A DNA stretch of 64,000 nt from an uncultured Alphaproteobacteria bacterium. Lineage in GTDB: Bacteria > Pseudomonadota > Alphaproteobacteria > HIMB59 > GCA-002718135. The translations under genes and the position numbers were made by a program. Positions 54,640 through 63,783 of the stretch are shown here, one piece after another. The stretch's first letter is position 1. The number at the start of each line of letters is the position of its first letter. The notes under the pieces are model-generated. The model was not told the DNA's origin. It was given only the letters and a program-made list of their open reading frames with translations, and made no database searches. The stretch spans positions 44,839 through 108,838 of the forward strand of contig CACNKX010000001.1 in the NCBI GenBank assembly GCA_902621165.1. Reading direction: 5' to 3'.

Positions 54640-55621
54640 TTTGACCACACTTAATTCCACATTGATCAACCCAGTGACCTGGTTCAACTTCAATTAATTT
54701 CATTTCTATTTTACCATCTTTTCCTTCTGGATTATGATGGGGGCATCTAGTTCTAAATACACACCCTGTTGGTCTATCTAATGGACTTGGAATATTTCCA
54801 GGTATTGGAGATAACGGTGCGTCTAAGTTATTTATGTCAGGTAAAGCTTGTAATAACCCTTTTGTATAAGGATGTTTTGGATTTTTAAGGATCTCATTTA
54901 CTGGACCTTTCTCCACTACACTTCCCAAATACATAACCGCTACATGATCAGCTACCTGTGCAATAACACCTAGATCGTGAGTAATAAATATTACTCCCAT
55001 TTGATATTCTCTAATAATATCTTTAATTAGGTTAATTACTTGAGCTTGAATTGTTACATCTAAAGCAGTTGTTGGCTCATCTGCTAATAAAAGTTTAGGC
55101 ATTGTTGATAGTGCCATAGCTATCATTGCTCTTTGACGCATTCCGCCAGATAATTCAAATGCATATTGATTAAACCGTTTTTCTGCATCTGCTATGCCTA
55201 CTCTTTTTAGCATGTTAATGGATATTGATTTTGCTTCCTCTTTATTAATATTTTTATGAATTAGTAATTGCTCAACCATTTGTGCACCAATTTTTATTGC
55301 TGGAGCAAAACTTGCCATAGGCTCTTGAAAAATCATTGATACTTTACCACCTCTTATTTTTTTTAAGTCTTGCTTAGAGGTAAATTGAAGAACATTTTCA
55401 TTGTCTAAAATTATTTCTGCGTCTTCATTATAAGAAGTATTACCTGGATTTAATTTCATAATCGATTTAGCAGTCACAGATTTACCTGATCCAGATTCAC
55501 CAACTATACCAAGTACTTCACCTTGATCTACAGAAAGAGAGATATTTTCAACTGCTGTAATTCTACCTTCATCAGTATCAAATTTTACATCTAAATTTTT
55601 TACTTCTAATAAATGACTCAT
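54632..55621 (-). CDS. Dpp/Opp-type ABC transporter ATP-binding protein (DppD/OppD-like) with a Cys-rich C-terminus
   Basis: Walker A GESGSGKSV, signature LSGGMRQRAMIAMA, and C-terminal CVFRTRCP...QCGIKC. Confidence 0.9.
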   Translation of the reverse strand: MSHLLEVKNLDVKFDTDEGRITAVENISLSVDQGEVLGIVGESGSGKSVTAKSIMKLNPGNTSYNEDAEIILDNENVLQFTSKQDLKKIRGGKVSMIFQEPMASFAPAIKIGAQMVEQLLIHKNINKEEAKSISINMLKRVGIADAEKRFNQYAFELSGGMRQRAMIAMALSTMPKLLLADEPTTALDVTIQAQVINLIKDIIREYQMGVIFITHDLGVIAQVADHVAVMYLGSVVEKGPVNEILKNPKHPYTKGLLQALPDINNLDAPLSPIPGNIPSPLDRPTGCVFRTRCPHHNPEGKDGKIEMKLIEVEPGHWVDQCGIKCGQNG

Positions 55622-55622
55622 A

Positions 55623-56783
55623 TTATTTTACCTTATGAGGATCTGCTGCATCACGTAATCCATCTCCCACATAGACAAATGTTAAAATTAATACGACTAA
55701 GAAAAATACAGGGATAAAATACCATTGATAGTTTAAAAGTACGTCAGCCTTTGTTGCATTTTGCAAAAGTACACCTAGAGAGTTTACTGGCTCTCTCAAA
55801 CCAAGTCCTATAAAACTTAAAGCTGTTTCAGATAATAACATGTATGGGAAACTAATGACTAAATCGACAATAATATAGCTCGTGAAACTTGGTAACAAGT
55901 GTCTAATAATAATGTGAGTAGATGATGCTCCACAAAGTTTTGCAGCAAGAATATATTCTTGACTTCTTTCACTAAGTAAATGTGTTCTTACTCTTCTCGC
56001 AAGAGTTGGCCATGAAATTAATCCAAGCAAGCAAGATATAAAAAAGAACCGTAATTCAGAACTCCATTCTAATGGCGCAAAGGCAGCAAGACACATAAAC
56101 AGAGGTATAGGTGGAACCGTTCGAATTGCATCAGTAAACATTTGTAATACGCTATCAATCCAACCACCATAGTAACCTGAGATCCCACCTATTATTAGGG
56201 ATAGAACAAAAGATATAAATACACCAAGGGTTCCCACAGCCAGTGAAATGTAAATTGCACTTAAGGTTCTACTGAATAAATCTTTTCCTGCCTTATCTGT
56301 GCCAAATATATGGATACCACCTTCTTCAACTCCAAATAAATGAGTATTAAATGTAAAACCTGGAATTTTAAAATCTAAAATTTTTCCTGGAAGATTTATA
56401 TTAAAATCAAAAACTTTATATTCCCATCCTTCAATAAAAAAATAAACGTATCTTCTTTTTTCAGTATCAACTTTATAAACCCATCTAAAATTTGTATCTG
56501 CTCCCCTATACTTTTCTAATGTGTGTAAAAACGGCCTAGCAGAAAATCCGTTATCATCCCAAAACATTGGAATTTGAGGTGCTCCGTTTTCATAATCTTT
56601 ATCTCTCCCTTTAATTGTTGGATCATAAGGTGATAAAAAATCAGCAAAGAGACTACAAATAATCATAAACAATAAAATAGAACCAGCAATCATAGCTGAT
56701 CTATTTCCAAAAAAGCGTGTTCTTACTAACTGCATCTGTGTTGCAGTGTAATAAGCTTCTTTTTTTTGATTACTAACCTCCAC
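55623..56783 (-). CDS. Dpp/Opp-type ABC transporter permease (DppC/OppC-like) with a long periplasmic loop
   Basis: 386 aa. A ~110-aa loop follows TM1, then the BPD_transp_1 core with the EAA-like region YILAAKLCGASSTHIIIRHLLP. Confidence 0.88.
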   Translation of the reverse strand: MEVSNQKKEAYYTATQMQLVRTRFFGNRSAMIAGSILLFMIICSLFADFLSPYDPTIKGRDKDYENGAPQIPMFWDDNGFSARPFLHTLEKYRGADTNFRWVYKVDTEKRRYVYFFIEGWEYKVFDFNINLPGKILDFKIPGFTFNTHLFGVEEGGIHIFGTDKAGKDLFSRTLSAIYISLAVGTLGVFISFVLSLIIGGISGYYGGWIDSVLQMFTDAIRTVPPIPLFMCLAAFAPLEWSSELRFFFISCLLGLISWPTLARRVRTHLLSERSQEYILAAKLCGASSTHIIIRHLLPSFTSYIIVDLVISFPYMLLSETALSFIGLGLREPVNSLGVLLQNATKADVLLNYQWYFIPVFFLVVLILTFVYVGDGLRDAADPHKVK

Positions 56784-57786
56784 CCATAACTCCTTTTCTT
56801 ATTCTTGGATCAATTATAGCTAAAATAATATCCGTTATAAAATTCACAAAAACAATTGTTGCTGTTAGAAGAAAAATAATTGCACCTGCTAATTGCTGAT
56901 CATTTGATCTTGCTAGAGCTTCAATCAACAATGCCCCAGCTTCAGTAAGAATTAAAATTAAGGCTACAATCGGCAATGCACTAAATATACGATTAAGGTC
57001 GAAACCTATAGAATTGATTACTGGACCTAAAGAATGTTTTGCGGGATATCTCCACAACAAACTCATCCCTGATATTCCTCTAGCCCTTGCAGCCATTACA
57101 TATAGTTTATCATTTTCATCTAGCATTAGTGCTCTAACTGTTTGAAGAGCAAAGGCAGTTGCATTCCAACCTAAAACAAATATTGGAAGCCAAGCTCTAC
57201 TTAAAAAATCAAATAGTTTTGCTGATGACCAGGGTTCGTTTTCATATTCTTGAGAAAATAAACCTGTCATGGTATCGCCATAGTAAACAGTCATAAAAAG
57301 CATAATGCAGAGTGCTACTAAAAAATTGGGAAGTGCGATTCCAAGATAACTAATAAATTTAAGCGTATTATCTAATGATGCATATTTTGTCGTGGCCGAT
57401 ATGATCCCAACTGGTATGGCAATTAAATATGAAAATATTAGTGCAACCAAACATATTGTTAAAGATAAAGTAAATCTTCCACTTAATAATTCATTAATAT
57501 TCATTCTTAGAATACAACTATCACCAAAATCTCCATTAAAAACTATATTGGAAACCCATTTGCCATATCTATACAAAAAAGGTTTATCTAAACCTAAACG
57601 AATTTTTTCTTTTTCTATGTCTTCATAAGTTATTTGTGATCCCTGTGTATTTTTAAATGCTAGATATCTTTCAGCACAAGTTCCGGGAACTAATTCCATT
57701 AATGAAAAAACAATAAAGCATACAAGAAGCAAAGTTATAATTGCAAGTCCTGCTCTTGTGAGAGTAAATTGTATAAAATTAATCAT
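56773..57786 (-). CDS. Dpp/Opp-type ABC transporter permease (DppB/OppB-like)
   Basis: 337 aa. The N-terminus MINFIQFTLTRAGLAIITLL and YVMAARARGISG are typical of DppB. Confidence 0.88.
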   Translation of the reverse strand: MINFIQFTLTRAGLAIITLLLVCFIVFSLMELVPGTCAERYLAFKNTQGSQITYEDIEKEKIRLGLDKPFLYRYGKWVSNIVFNGDFGDSCILRMNINELLSGRFTLSLTICLVALIFSYLIAIPVGIISATTKYASLDNTLKFISYLGIALPNFLVALCIMLFMTVYYGDTMTGLFSQEYENEPWSSAKLFDFLSRAWLPIFVLGWNATAFALQTVRALMLDENDKLYVMAARARGISGMSLLWRYPAKHSLGPVINSIGFDLNRIFSALPIVALILILTEAGALLIEALARSNDQQLAGAIIFLLTATIVFVNFITDIILAIIDPRIRKGVMGGG

Positions 57787-57811
57787 ATAAAATAATTAGG
57801 AAACAAGAATA

Positions 57812-57851
57812 ATTAAAAAAAGAAAAGCGGCAATATATAATTGCCGCTTTT
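57812..57851 (-). terminator. Intrinsic terminator/attenuator hairpin between the binding-protein and permease genes
   Basis: 12-bp stem AAAAGCGGCAAT / ATTGCCGCTTTT (57823-57834 and 57840-57851) with a 5-nt loop. Followed on the minus strand by CTTTTTTTAATT. It is also T-flanked on the plus strand. Confidence 0.7.
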
Positions 57852-57872
57852 TTTATTATTATTTGAGTTAAA

Positions 57873-59927
57873 TTACTCGTCTAACCACCATTGAGTAGCT
57901 AGGTATGGGTATGTTCTATAATACTCATACGAAGTAGTTTTAAACTGCGTAAAGTTTTTCAAAGCATTTCTATGATAAGTTGGGAAAGGTGCTTTCACCG
58001 TACCAATCAATAGACTTTGCTCTGTTAACATTGTTGCAATTTTTTCACCCCACTCATTAGACTCAGCAGTACCAAGAGCGTAAGATTGGAATTTATCAAT
58101 TCCATCACTTAAGTCATATACCCACTGAGGAGGTTTAGTACCTTCGTCACCATTACTATCAATGTATGCTGCCCAATCTAAACCTTGTGTATGGTTAAAG
58201 TAGTTACCAAACGGAGGTTTAAATGTTTCTGGATTACCAGCAACAATTGCTAATGGTTGACCTTTATCCCAAACATGAACGTCAAGTTGGTTAGCAGCTT
58301 GCGAACCACGATATTCATCTGGAGTTACCTCTTTAAAAGTAGTTTTTACTCCTACTTCATTGAAGTATCTTGCAACAAGTTCAACTTCAACACCACCAAT
58401 ACCTTGAGTAGCATAGTCAATGTTAATAGCTAGAGCATCACCATTTGGTAATTCTCTAAATCCATCACCATCAACGTCTTTTAATCCTACTTCATCAAGC
58501 AGAGCATTTGCTCCATCTGGATCGTATTGAGTCATATGCATTTTTATACTTTCAGGAACGAAGTCAGGTGCAGGAGAAAATCCTACAAACTGCTCAACTT
58601 TACCTAAACCGTAATATGCAACTTCGTTGATCTCGTCTCTATTCATAGCAATTGACATTGCTTGACGGAAACGAATATCTCCATAGACTTTACGTTTTTC
58701 AGGATCAGGATGTGTTACATTAAAACTAAATAATGCAGCACCACAACCTGGATTGATTTGAACTTGATATCCACCAGACTCAGCACCATCAAGTAATTGA
58801 GGAGCGGACTCTAATTGAACAGACTGTGATTTATAATCAACTTCACCATTAACAAGTTTTAACAATCTTATTTCATTTTCATTGATGTATCTTTCATTTT
58901 GATAATCAATGTATGGTAATTGATTTCCAGCTGTATCAACTTGGAAAAAGTATGGGTTAGCTGCATAGACTCTACCTTCAGTAGTATCTTCAATAGTCAT
59001 GTAAGCTTCTAAAGAAGGATAAGCTGCATAAGGTAATCCAGCAACTAGATCTGGTTTAGCTAGTAAAGGAGTTGGAGTATCAGTCCAACCTGAGTTACCA
59101 TAATATGCTGCTAAAGCATCATAACCATCTGCAAATCCTAATGCCTGAGCATTTGCATCAGCATTTGAATCAATTTCCGGATGGAATTGTTCTAGGAAAT
59201 GTGAAGGCATGAAGAACTGGTTATATGACCAAGCAATAGTAGCAGTTAAACCAGGGAACGGAGATGGTAAGTTAAATCTTACTGTTTGATCATCAATTAC
59301 ATCAACAGTCATTGGCTCACCACCAACTAAAAGATATGGATATGGTTTTTCACGAATCTTTGGATTCATCATCAAGTCTTCGTACCAAAACTCAACATCT
59401 CTAGCCACAAAAGGTTCACCATTTGACCACTTGTGACCTTTACGTAACATGAATGTTAAAGTAGTAAAATCATCATTCCACTCATAATCTTTAGCAACGT
59501 TTGGAACAATTGTAGTTAAATCATCAGCAAAACGTAATAAGTTTACGTGTCTTGTAGATAGCATATCAGAAGTTCCAGCTTCAGTTGCATTCGATAAGAA
59601 GTTTATTGTATTTCCATATTTACCAATAGACTCATATGGTACTACAACAAGTGGCTCATCAGGTAATCTATCCTCAACTGGAGGTAGACTTCCTGGGTTA
59701 CCTTGTATTGTAGCGTTTATGCTAGCAATATTTGGATTATCTGAAAACTTCATAGTACAGCCGGCTGCACTTTCATATTCTGATAACTCATATTGCTGAG
59801 GATATTTTCCGCCTGTCTGTGCATCGTTCATTGTTGTACCTACGCAATGACCACCTGCAAAAGAGCTTCCACTCCAGACAAAGGTTGCGGAAGAAAATAC
59901 TAACGCTATGAATAGTTTTTTTAACAT
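57873..59927 (-). CDS. Large (684 aa) family-5 periplasmic substrate-binding protein
   Basis: Signal peptide MLKKLFIALVFSSATFVWSGSSFA. SBP_bac_5 blocks TLTFMLRKGHKWSNGEPFVARDV and RFRQAMSIAMNRDEI. GGAGA SD 6 nt upstream. Higher G+C than the downstream genes. Confidence 0.85.
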   Translation of the reverse strand: MLKKLFIALVFSSATFVWSGSSFAGGHCVGTTMNDAQTGGKYPQQYELSEYESAAGCTMKFSDNPNIASINATIQGNPGSLPPVEDRLPDEPLVVVPYESIGKYGNTINFLSNATEAGTSDMLSTRHVNLLRFADDLTTIVPNVAKDYEWNDDFTTLTFMLRKGHKWSNGEPFVARDVEFWYEDLMMNPKIREKPYPYLLVGGEPMTVDVIDDQTVRFNLPSPFPGLTATIAWSYNQFFMPSHFLEQFHPEIDSNADANAQALGFADGYDALAAYYGNSGWTDTPTPLLAKPDLVAGLPYAAYPSLEAYMTIEDTTEGRVYAANPYFFQVDTAGNQLPYIDYQNERYINENEIRLLKLVNGEVDYKSQSVQLESAPQLLDGAESGGYQVQINPGCGAALFSFNVTHPDPEKRKVYGDIRFRQAMSIAMNRDEINEVAYYGLGKVEQFVGFSPAPDFVPESIKMHMTQYDPDGANALLDEVGLKDVDGDGFRELPNGDALAINIDYATQGIGGVEVELVARYFNEVGVKTTFKEVTPDEYRGSQAANQLDVHVWDKGQPLAIVAGNPETFKPPFGNYFNHTQGLDWAAYIDSNGDEGTKPPQWVYDLSDGIDKFQSYALGTAESNEWGEKIATMLTEQSLLIGTVKAPFPTYHRNALKNFTQFKTTSYEYYRTYPYLATQWWLDE

Positions 59928-60078
59928 ATATTTTCTCCTATAAGATAAATTTATCGTATGATTTTGTTTGTAAACAATTTTGATTTTTTAGCAAAAATAT
60001 TTGACGTTTTTATTACAATTTTTTTAAAAAAATTGTGTATTTCTTCTTAATTAATTACTTTAATAATCATTAGTAAAT
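59928..60078. promoter_or_regulatory. Divergent promoter region between the family-5 ABC operon and the sulfatase (inferred)
   Basis: 151-nt spacer between divergent genes. It contains a TTGACG hexamer at 60001-60006 and the 22-bp palindrome below. Confidence 0.4.
60015..60036. promoter_or_regulatory. Perfect 22-bp palindrome ACAATTTTTTTAAAAAAATTGT (candidate operator or DNA-bending element)
   Basis: Read directly. It is self-complementary over all 22 nt and ends 42 nt upstream of the sulfatase ATG. Confidence 0.35.
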
Positions 60079-61614
60079 ATGGAAAAATCCAAAAAATCTG
60101 TTCTTTTTATATGTGCTGATCAATGGCGTTTTGACTGCTTTAGCTTCCTAAATCATCCATATGCTCTAACACCAAACTTAGACAAACTTGCAAAACAAAG
60201 TGTAGTTTTTAAATCACATTTTGCTGGAATTGTCCCTTGTGGCCCATCTAGAACTACTATGCTTACAGGTTTATATCCATTTATACATCGTTCAGTATAT
60301 AATGGTGCTCCTCTTGATAAAAGATTTACAAATATCGCTAAAGAAGTTCGTAAACTAAATTATAATCCAAGACTTTACGGATACACTGATACTTCTTGGG
60401 ATCCAAGATACTTGGATCCAAAAGATAAAAAAAATTTTACATATGAATCACCGATGGAAGGGTTTGATGATGGTTGTGTTTTACCAGGAGGAAAACCTGA
60501 GCCTTGGGCTAACCATCTTAATCAAAATGGTTTTGAAATTAATAAAGCAGAAGATTTGTATAAAGGAAGAAAGCCTAAAGATGATCAAGCGTATATTTAT
60601 GAACCATATTATATTCCAACTGAATTTTCAGACACCGCATTTTTAGCAGACAAAGTTGTTAACGACTTAAAAAAGGTTAAAGATTCATTTTTTATGCATG
60701 TATCTTTTTTAAAACCACACCCACCCTTTCATGTAGCTGATCCATGGTTTAGTAAATTTAATCCAGATAGTATTAACTTATCTAAAAATGATATTTCACT
60801 GAAAGAATTATCAAAAAAACATCCACTACTTGAAGAGTTATGTAAAAAATTTTTACTAAAAGAAAATTTCTCTGAAATTAATTATGATCTTTTAAAAGAT
60901 CAAGATATCAAAAATATTATGAGTGTCTATTTTGCTATGTGTGCAGAAGTTGATTTTAATATTGGTAAAATTTTGAATGCTCTTAAAGAATCAGGGCAAG
61001 AAGAAAATACAATGATAATTTTTACTAGTGATCATGGAGAGATGTTAAATGAAAATAATTTATGGGGGAAATTAGGTTGGTGGGACTCTTCTTATAGAAT
61101 TCCATTATTTATTTATCTGCCTCAAAACAATCCAAAAGAAATTAACCATTTAACAGAATCTGTAGATGTTGCTCCTACAATTTTAGAATGGCTTGGTGGT
61201 GACATCCCCATTGATTGGAATGGTCAATCACTGATGCACAATATCAATCATAAATACAAAAAATCAGCTAATAAAGAATATGTTGTTTTTGATTATGATT
61301 TTAGAGAAAGTACTTCATTTGTTAAAGATAAAAAATTAGCACCCGAACAATGTAATCTATCGGTCATTAGAAATAATAAATGGAAATATGTTCATTTTCC
61401 TTCATTGCCATGTTTATTATTTGATTTAAAAAAAGATCCTGAGGAAATAAATGATCTATCAGACTTAAGAGAATTTCAAGATATAAAACATGAACTAGTA
61501 TCAAAATTGTTAAGTCACCGCATGATTCATCAGGAGCGAGAATTATCAAACACTAAACTTTCCAGTTCAGGTGTTAATACAAATTCTGGACCATTTAGCA
61601 GAAAAATGGAATAA
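60079..61614 (+). CDS. Cys-type sulfatase (formylglycine-dependent), no signal peptide
   Basis: Metal-binding N-terminus LFICADQWR. Complete FGly signature C-G-P-S-R-T-T-M-L-T-G (Cys54, codon 60238-60240). SDHGEM motif. No hydrophobic leader. Confidence 0.88.
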   Translation: MEKSKKSVLFICADQWRFDCFSFLNHPYALTPNLDKLAKQSVVFKSHFAGIVPCGPSRTTMLTGLYPFIHRSVYNGAPLDKRFTNIAKEVRKLNYNPRLYGYTDTSWDPRYLDPKDKKNFTYESPMEGFDDGCVLPGGKPEPWANHLNQNGFEINKAEDLYKGRKPKDDQAYIYEPYYIPTEFSDTAFLADKVVNDLKKVKDSFFMHVSFLKPHPPFHVADPWFSKFNPDSINLSKNDISLKELSKKHPLLEELCKKFLLKENFSEINYDLLKDQDIKNIMSVYFAMCAEVDFNIGKILNALKESGQEENTMIIFTSDHGEMLNENNLWGKLGWWDSSYRIPLFIYLPQNNPKEINHLTESVDVAPTILEWLGGDIPIDWNGQSLMHNINHKYKKSANKEYVVFDYDFRESTSFVKDKKLAPEQCNLSVIRNNKWKYVHFPSLPCLLFDLKKDPEEINDLSDLREFQDIKHELVSKLLSHRMIHQERELSNTKLSSSGVNTNSGPFSRKME

Positions 61615-61621
61615 ATAAGAT

Positions 61622-62671
61622 ATGTTAACAACTGTTATAGGTGCCTATCCAAAACCAAGCTACTTAAAAATAACTGATTGGTTTAATGCATCTGGTGGCA
61701 CAGATACAGAATATCCAACTAAATTTTACGAAGATGAAATAAAAAAAATAGGCGAGAATGTTGAAGAGTTATTTAATAAAGCTACCAAAGAAATAATTAG
61801 TGATCAGGAAGAATGCGGTATTGATATCCTAACCGATGGTGAAGTTAGAAGAGAAAATTATATTCACTATCATTGTAGATATTTAGAAGGAATTGATTTT
61901 GCAAATCTCACAGAAAAAGTTGCTAGGACAGGGAATTATAAATGCTGGTTACCAACAATAACTTCAAAAGTTAAAGCAAAAGAATCTTTTTTAGTTGAAG
62001 AGTGGAAAAAAAATCAGAGTTTAACCAATAAAGATTTAAAAATTACTATTCCTGGACCAATGACTATAACAGACACCATAGCAAATACATTTTATGATTC
62101 AGATGAACATATGGGTGAAGACTTAGCTGATGCTATTAATGTAGAAATTAAAAGATTGGTTGATGCAGGATGTAAATATATTCAAGTCGATGAACCATTG
62201 TTTGCTAGAAAACCAGAAAATGCTCTTAATTTTGGAATCAAAAACCTAGAAAGATGTTTTAAGGATATTAATAATAAAAGTATTGAAAAAATTACTCATA
62301 TTTGTTGCGGCTATCCTGATAAATTAGATGCAGTAGATTATCCAAAAGCGCCTTTAGATTCTTACAGTAAAATTAGTAAAGCTTTAGATGAGTCAATTAT
62401 AGATACAGTTTCTATTGAAGATGCTCATCGATATAATGATTTAAATTTTTTAAAAGATTTTAAACAAACAAAAGTTATTTTTGGTTTGGTAAAAATTGCA
62501 AGCTCTCAAGTTGAGACTAAAGAAGAAATTATCTCAAGAATAAATGATGCATTAAGGTTTATTGATAAGGAACAATTAATTGTCGCTCCTGATTGTGGCC
62601 TTGGTCACTTACCTCGAGATTTGGCAAAAATAAAATTAAAGATAATGGTAGAAGCTTCTAATAGTTTCTAG
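61622..62671 (+). CDS. Core-MetE-like protein (cobalamin-independent methionine synthase catalytic domain only)
   Basis: 349 aa. The Zn-ligand pattern of Meth_synt_2 is conserved: H-I-C in ITHICCGYPD, Glu in VSIEDAH and Cys in VAPDCGLGH. The MetE N-terminal domain is absent. Starts 7 nt after the sulfatase stop. Confidence 0.75.
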   Translation: MLTTVIGAYPKPSYLKITDWFNASGGTDTEYPTKFYEDEIKKIGENVEELFNKATKEIISDQEECGIDILTDGEVRRENYIHYHCRYLEGIDFANLTEKVARTGNYKCWLPTITSKVKAKESFLVEEWKKNQSLTNKDLKITIPGPMTITDTIANTFYDSDEHMGEDLADAINVEIKRLVDAGCKYIQVDEPLFARKPENALNFGIKNLERCFKDINNKSIEKITHICCGYPDKLDAVDYPKAPLDSYSKISKALDESIIDTVSIEDAHRYNDLNFLKDFKQTKVIFGLVKIASSQVETKEEIISRINDALRFIDKEQLIVAPDCGLGHLPRDLAKIKLKIMVEASNSF

Positions 62672-63783
62672 TGGACTAAAGTTTCTGGATTAGCATAATC
62701 ATAATTTAAATCATCAGCAATAGCTTTATATGTAATGGCCCCTTTAAAAATATTTAAACCATTCATAAAATTTTTATCATTTTTTAAAGCATCTTTAAAA
62801 CCATTGGAAGCTAAGTTTTGAATAAATGGCAAAGTGACTGCATTTAAAGCAAGAGTGGAAGTTCTAGGAACTCCACCTGGCATATTTGCAACACAATAAT
62901 GAACAACATCATCAACAACATATGTAGGGTTTGCATGAGTTGTTGGTTTACTAGTTTCAACACAACCACCTTGATCAATTGCAACATCAACAATTACAGA
63001 TCCACTTTTCATCTCTTTGATCATATCCTTTGTTATAATCTTAGGAGCATTAGAACCTGGAACAAGTACGCCACCAATTAGTAAATCACATTCAGAAATA
63101 TAATCTTTTAGATTTATTTTATCACTGTGTAGTGGTTCTATCTTATCACCAAATTTTTCTTGTAATTCTTCTAATCTTTTTACTGATTTATCAACGATGA
63201 AAACTTTTGCTTGCATACCTGTAGCAATTATTGCTGCATTTTCACCTACAACACCTCCACCTAAAATTAAAACATTTCCAGGTTCAACCCCAGGCGCACC
63301 CCCTAAGAGTAAACCACTTCCACCCTTATGTTTTTCAAGTGAATACGCACCAGCTTGAATCGACATTCTGCCGGCTACAGCACTCATAGGTGCAAGAAGT
63401 GGTAATTTATTATTATGATCACTTACTGTTTCATAAGCTATACAAATCGAATTTGAATCAATTAAACCCTTTGTCAATTCTGGAGCTGCTGATAGATGTA
63501 AATAAGTAAATAAAATCTGGTTTTCTCTTATCATTGCTACTTCATTCATTAGAGGTTCTTTAACTTTTACAATCATTTCAGAATCATTGAAAATATCCTC
63601 TGCTGAATTTACAATTTTTGCACCTGATAATTCATAATCACTATTGGAAAATCCGGCACCAAAACCAGCATCTTTTTGAATTAATACTGTATGTTTATTC
63701 TTTACTAATTCTTTAACACTTTGCGGAGTAAGCCCGACCCTAGACTCCTGAGCTTTAATCTCAGAGGGAACACCTATTTTCAT
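62668..63783 (-). CDS. ald: Alanine dehydrogenase
   Basis: MKIGVPSEIKAQESRVGLTP, the NAD motif VLILGGGVVGENAA, and VDVAIDQGG. 371 aa. Confidence 0.9.
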   Translation of the reverse strand: MKIGVPSEIKAQESRVGLTPQSVKELVKNKHTVLIQKDAGFGAGFSNSDYELSGAKIVNSAEDIFNDSEMIVKVKEPLMNEVAMIRENQILFTYLHLSAAPELTKGLIDSNSICIAYETVSDHNNKLPLLAPMSAVAGRMSIQAGAYSLEKHKGGSGLLLGGAPGVEPGNVLILGGGVVGENAAIIATGMQAKVFIVDKSVKRLEELQEKFGDKIEPLHSDKINLKDYISECDLLIGGVLVPGSNAPKIITKDMIKEMKSGSVIVDVAIDQGGCVETSKPTTHANPTYVVDDVVHYCVANMPGGVPRTSTLALNAVTLPFIQNLASNGFKDALKNDKNFMNGLNIFKGAITYKAIADDLNYDYANPETLVH

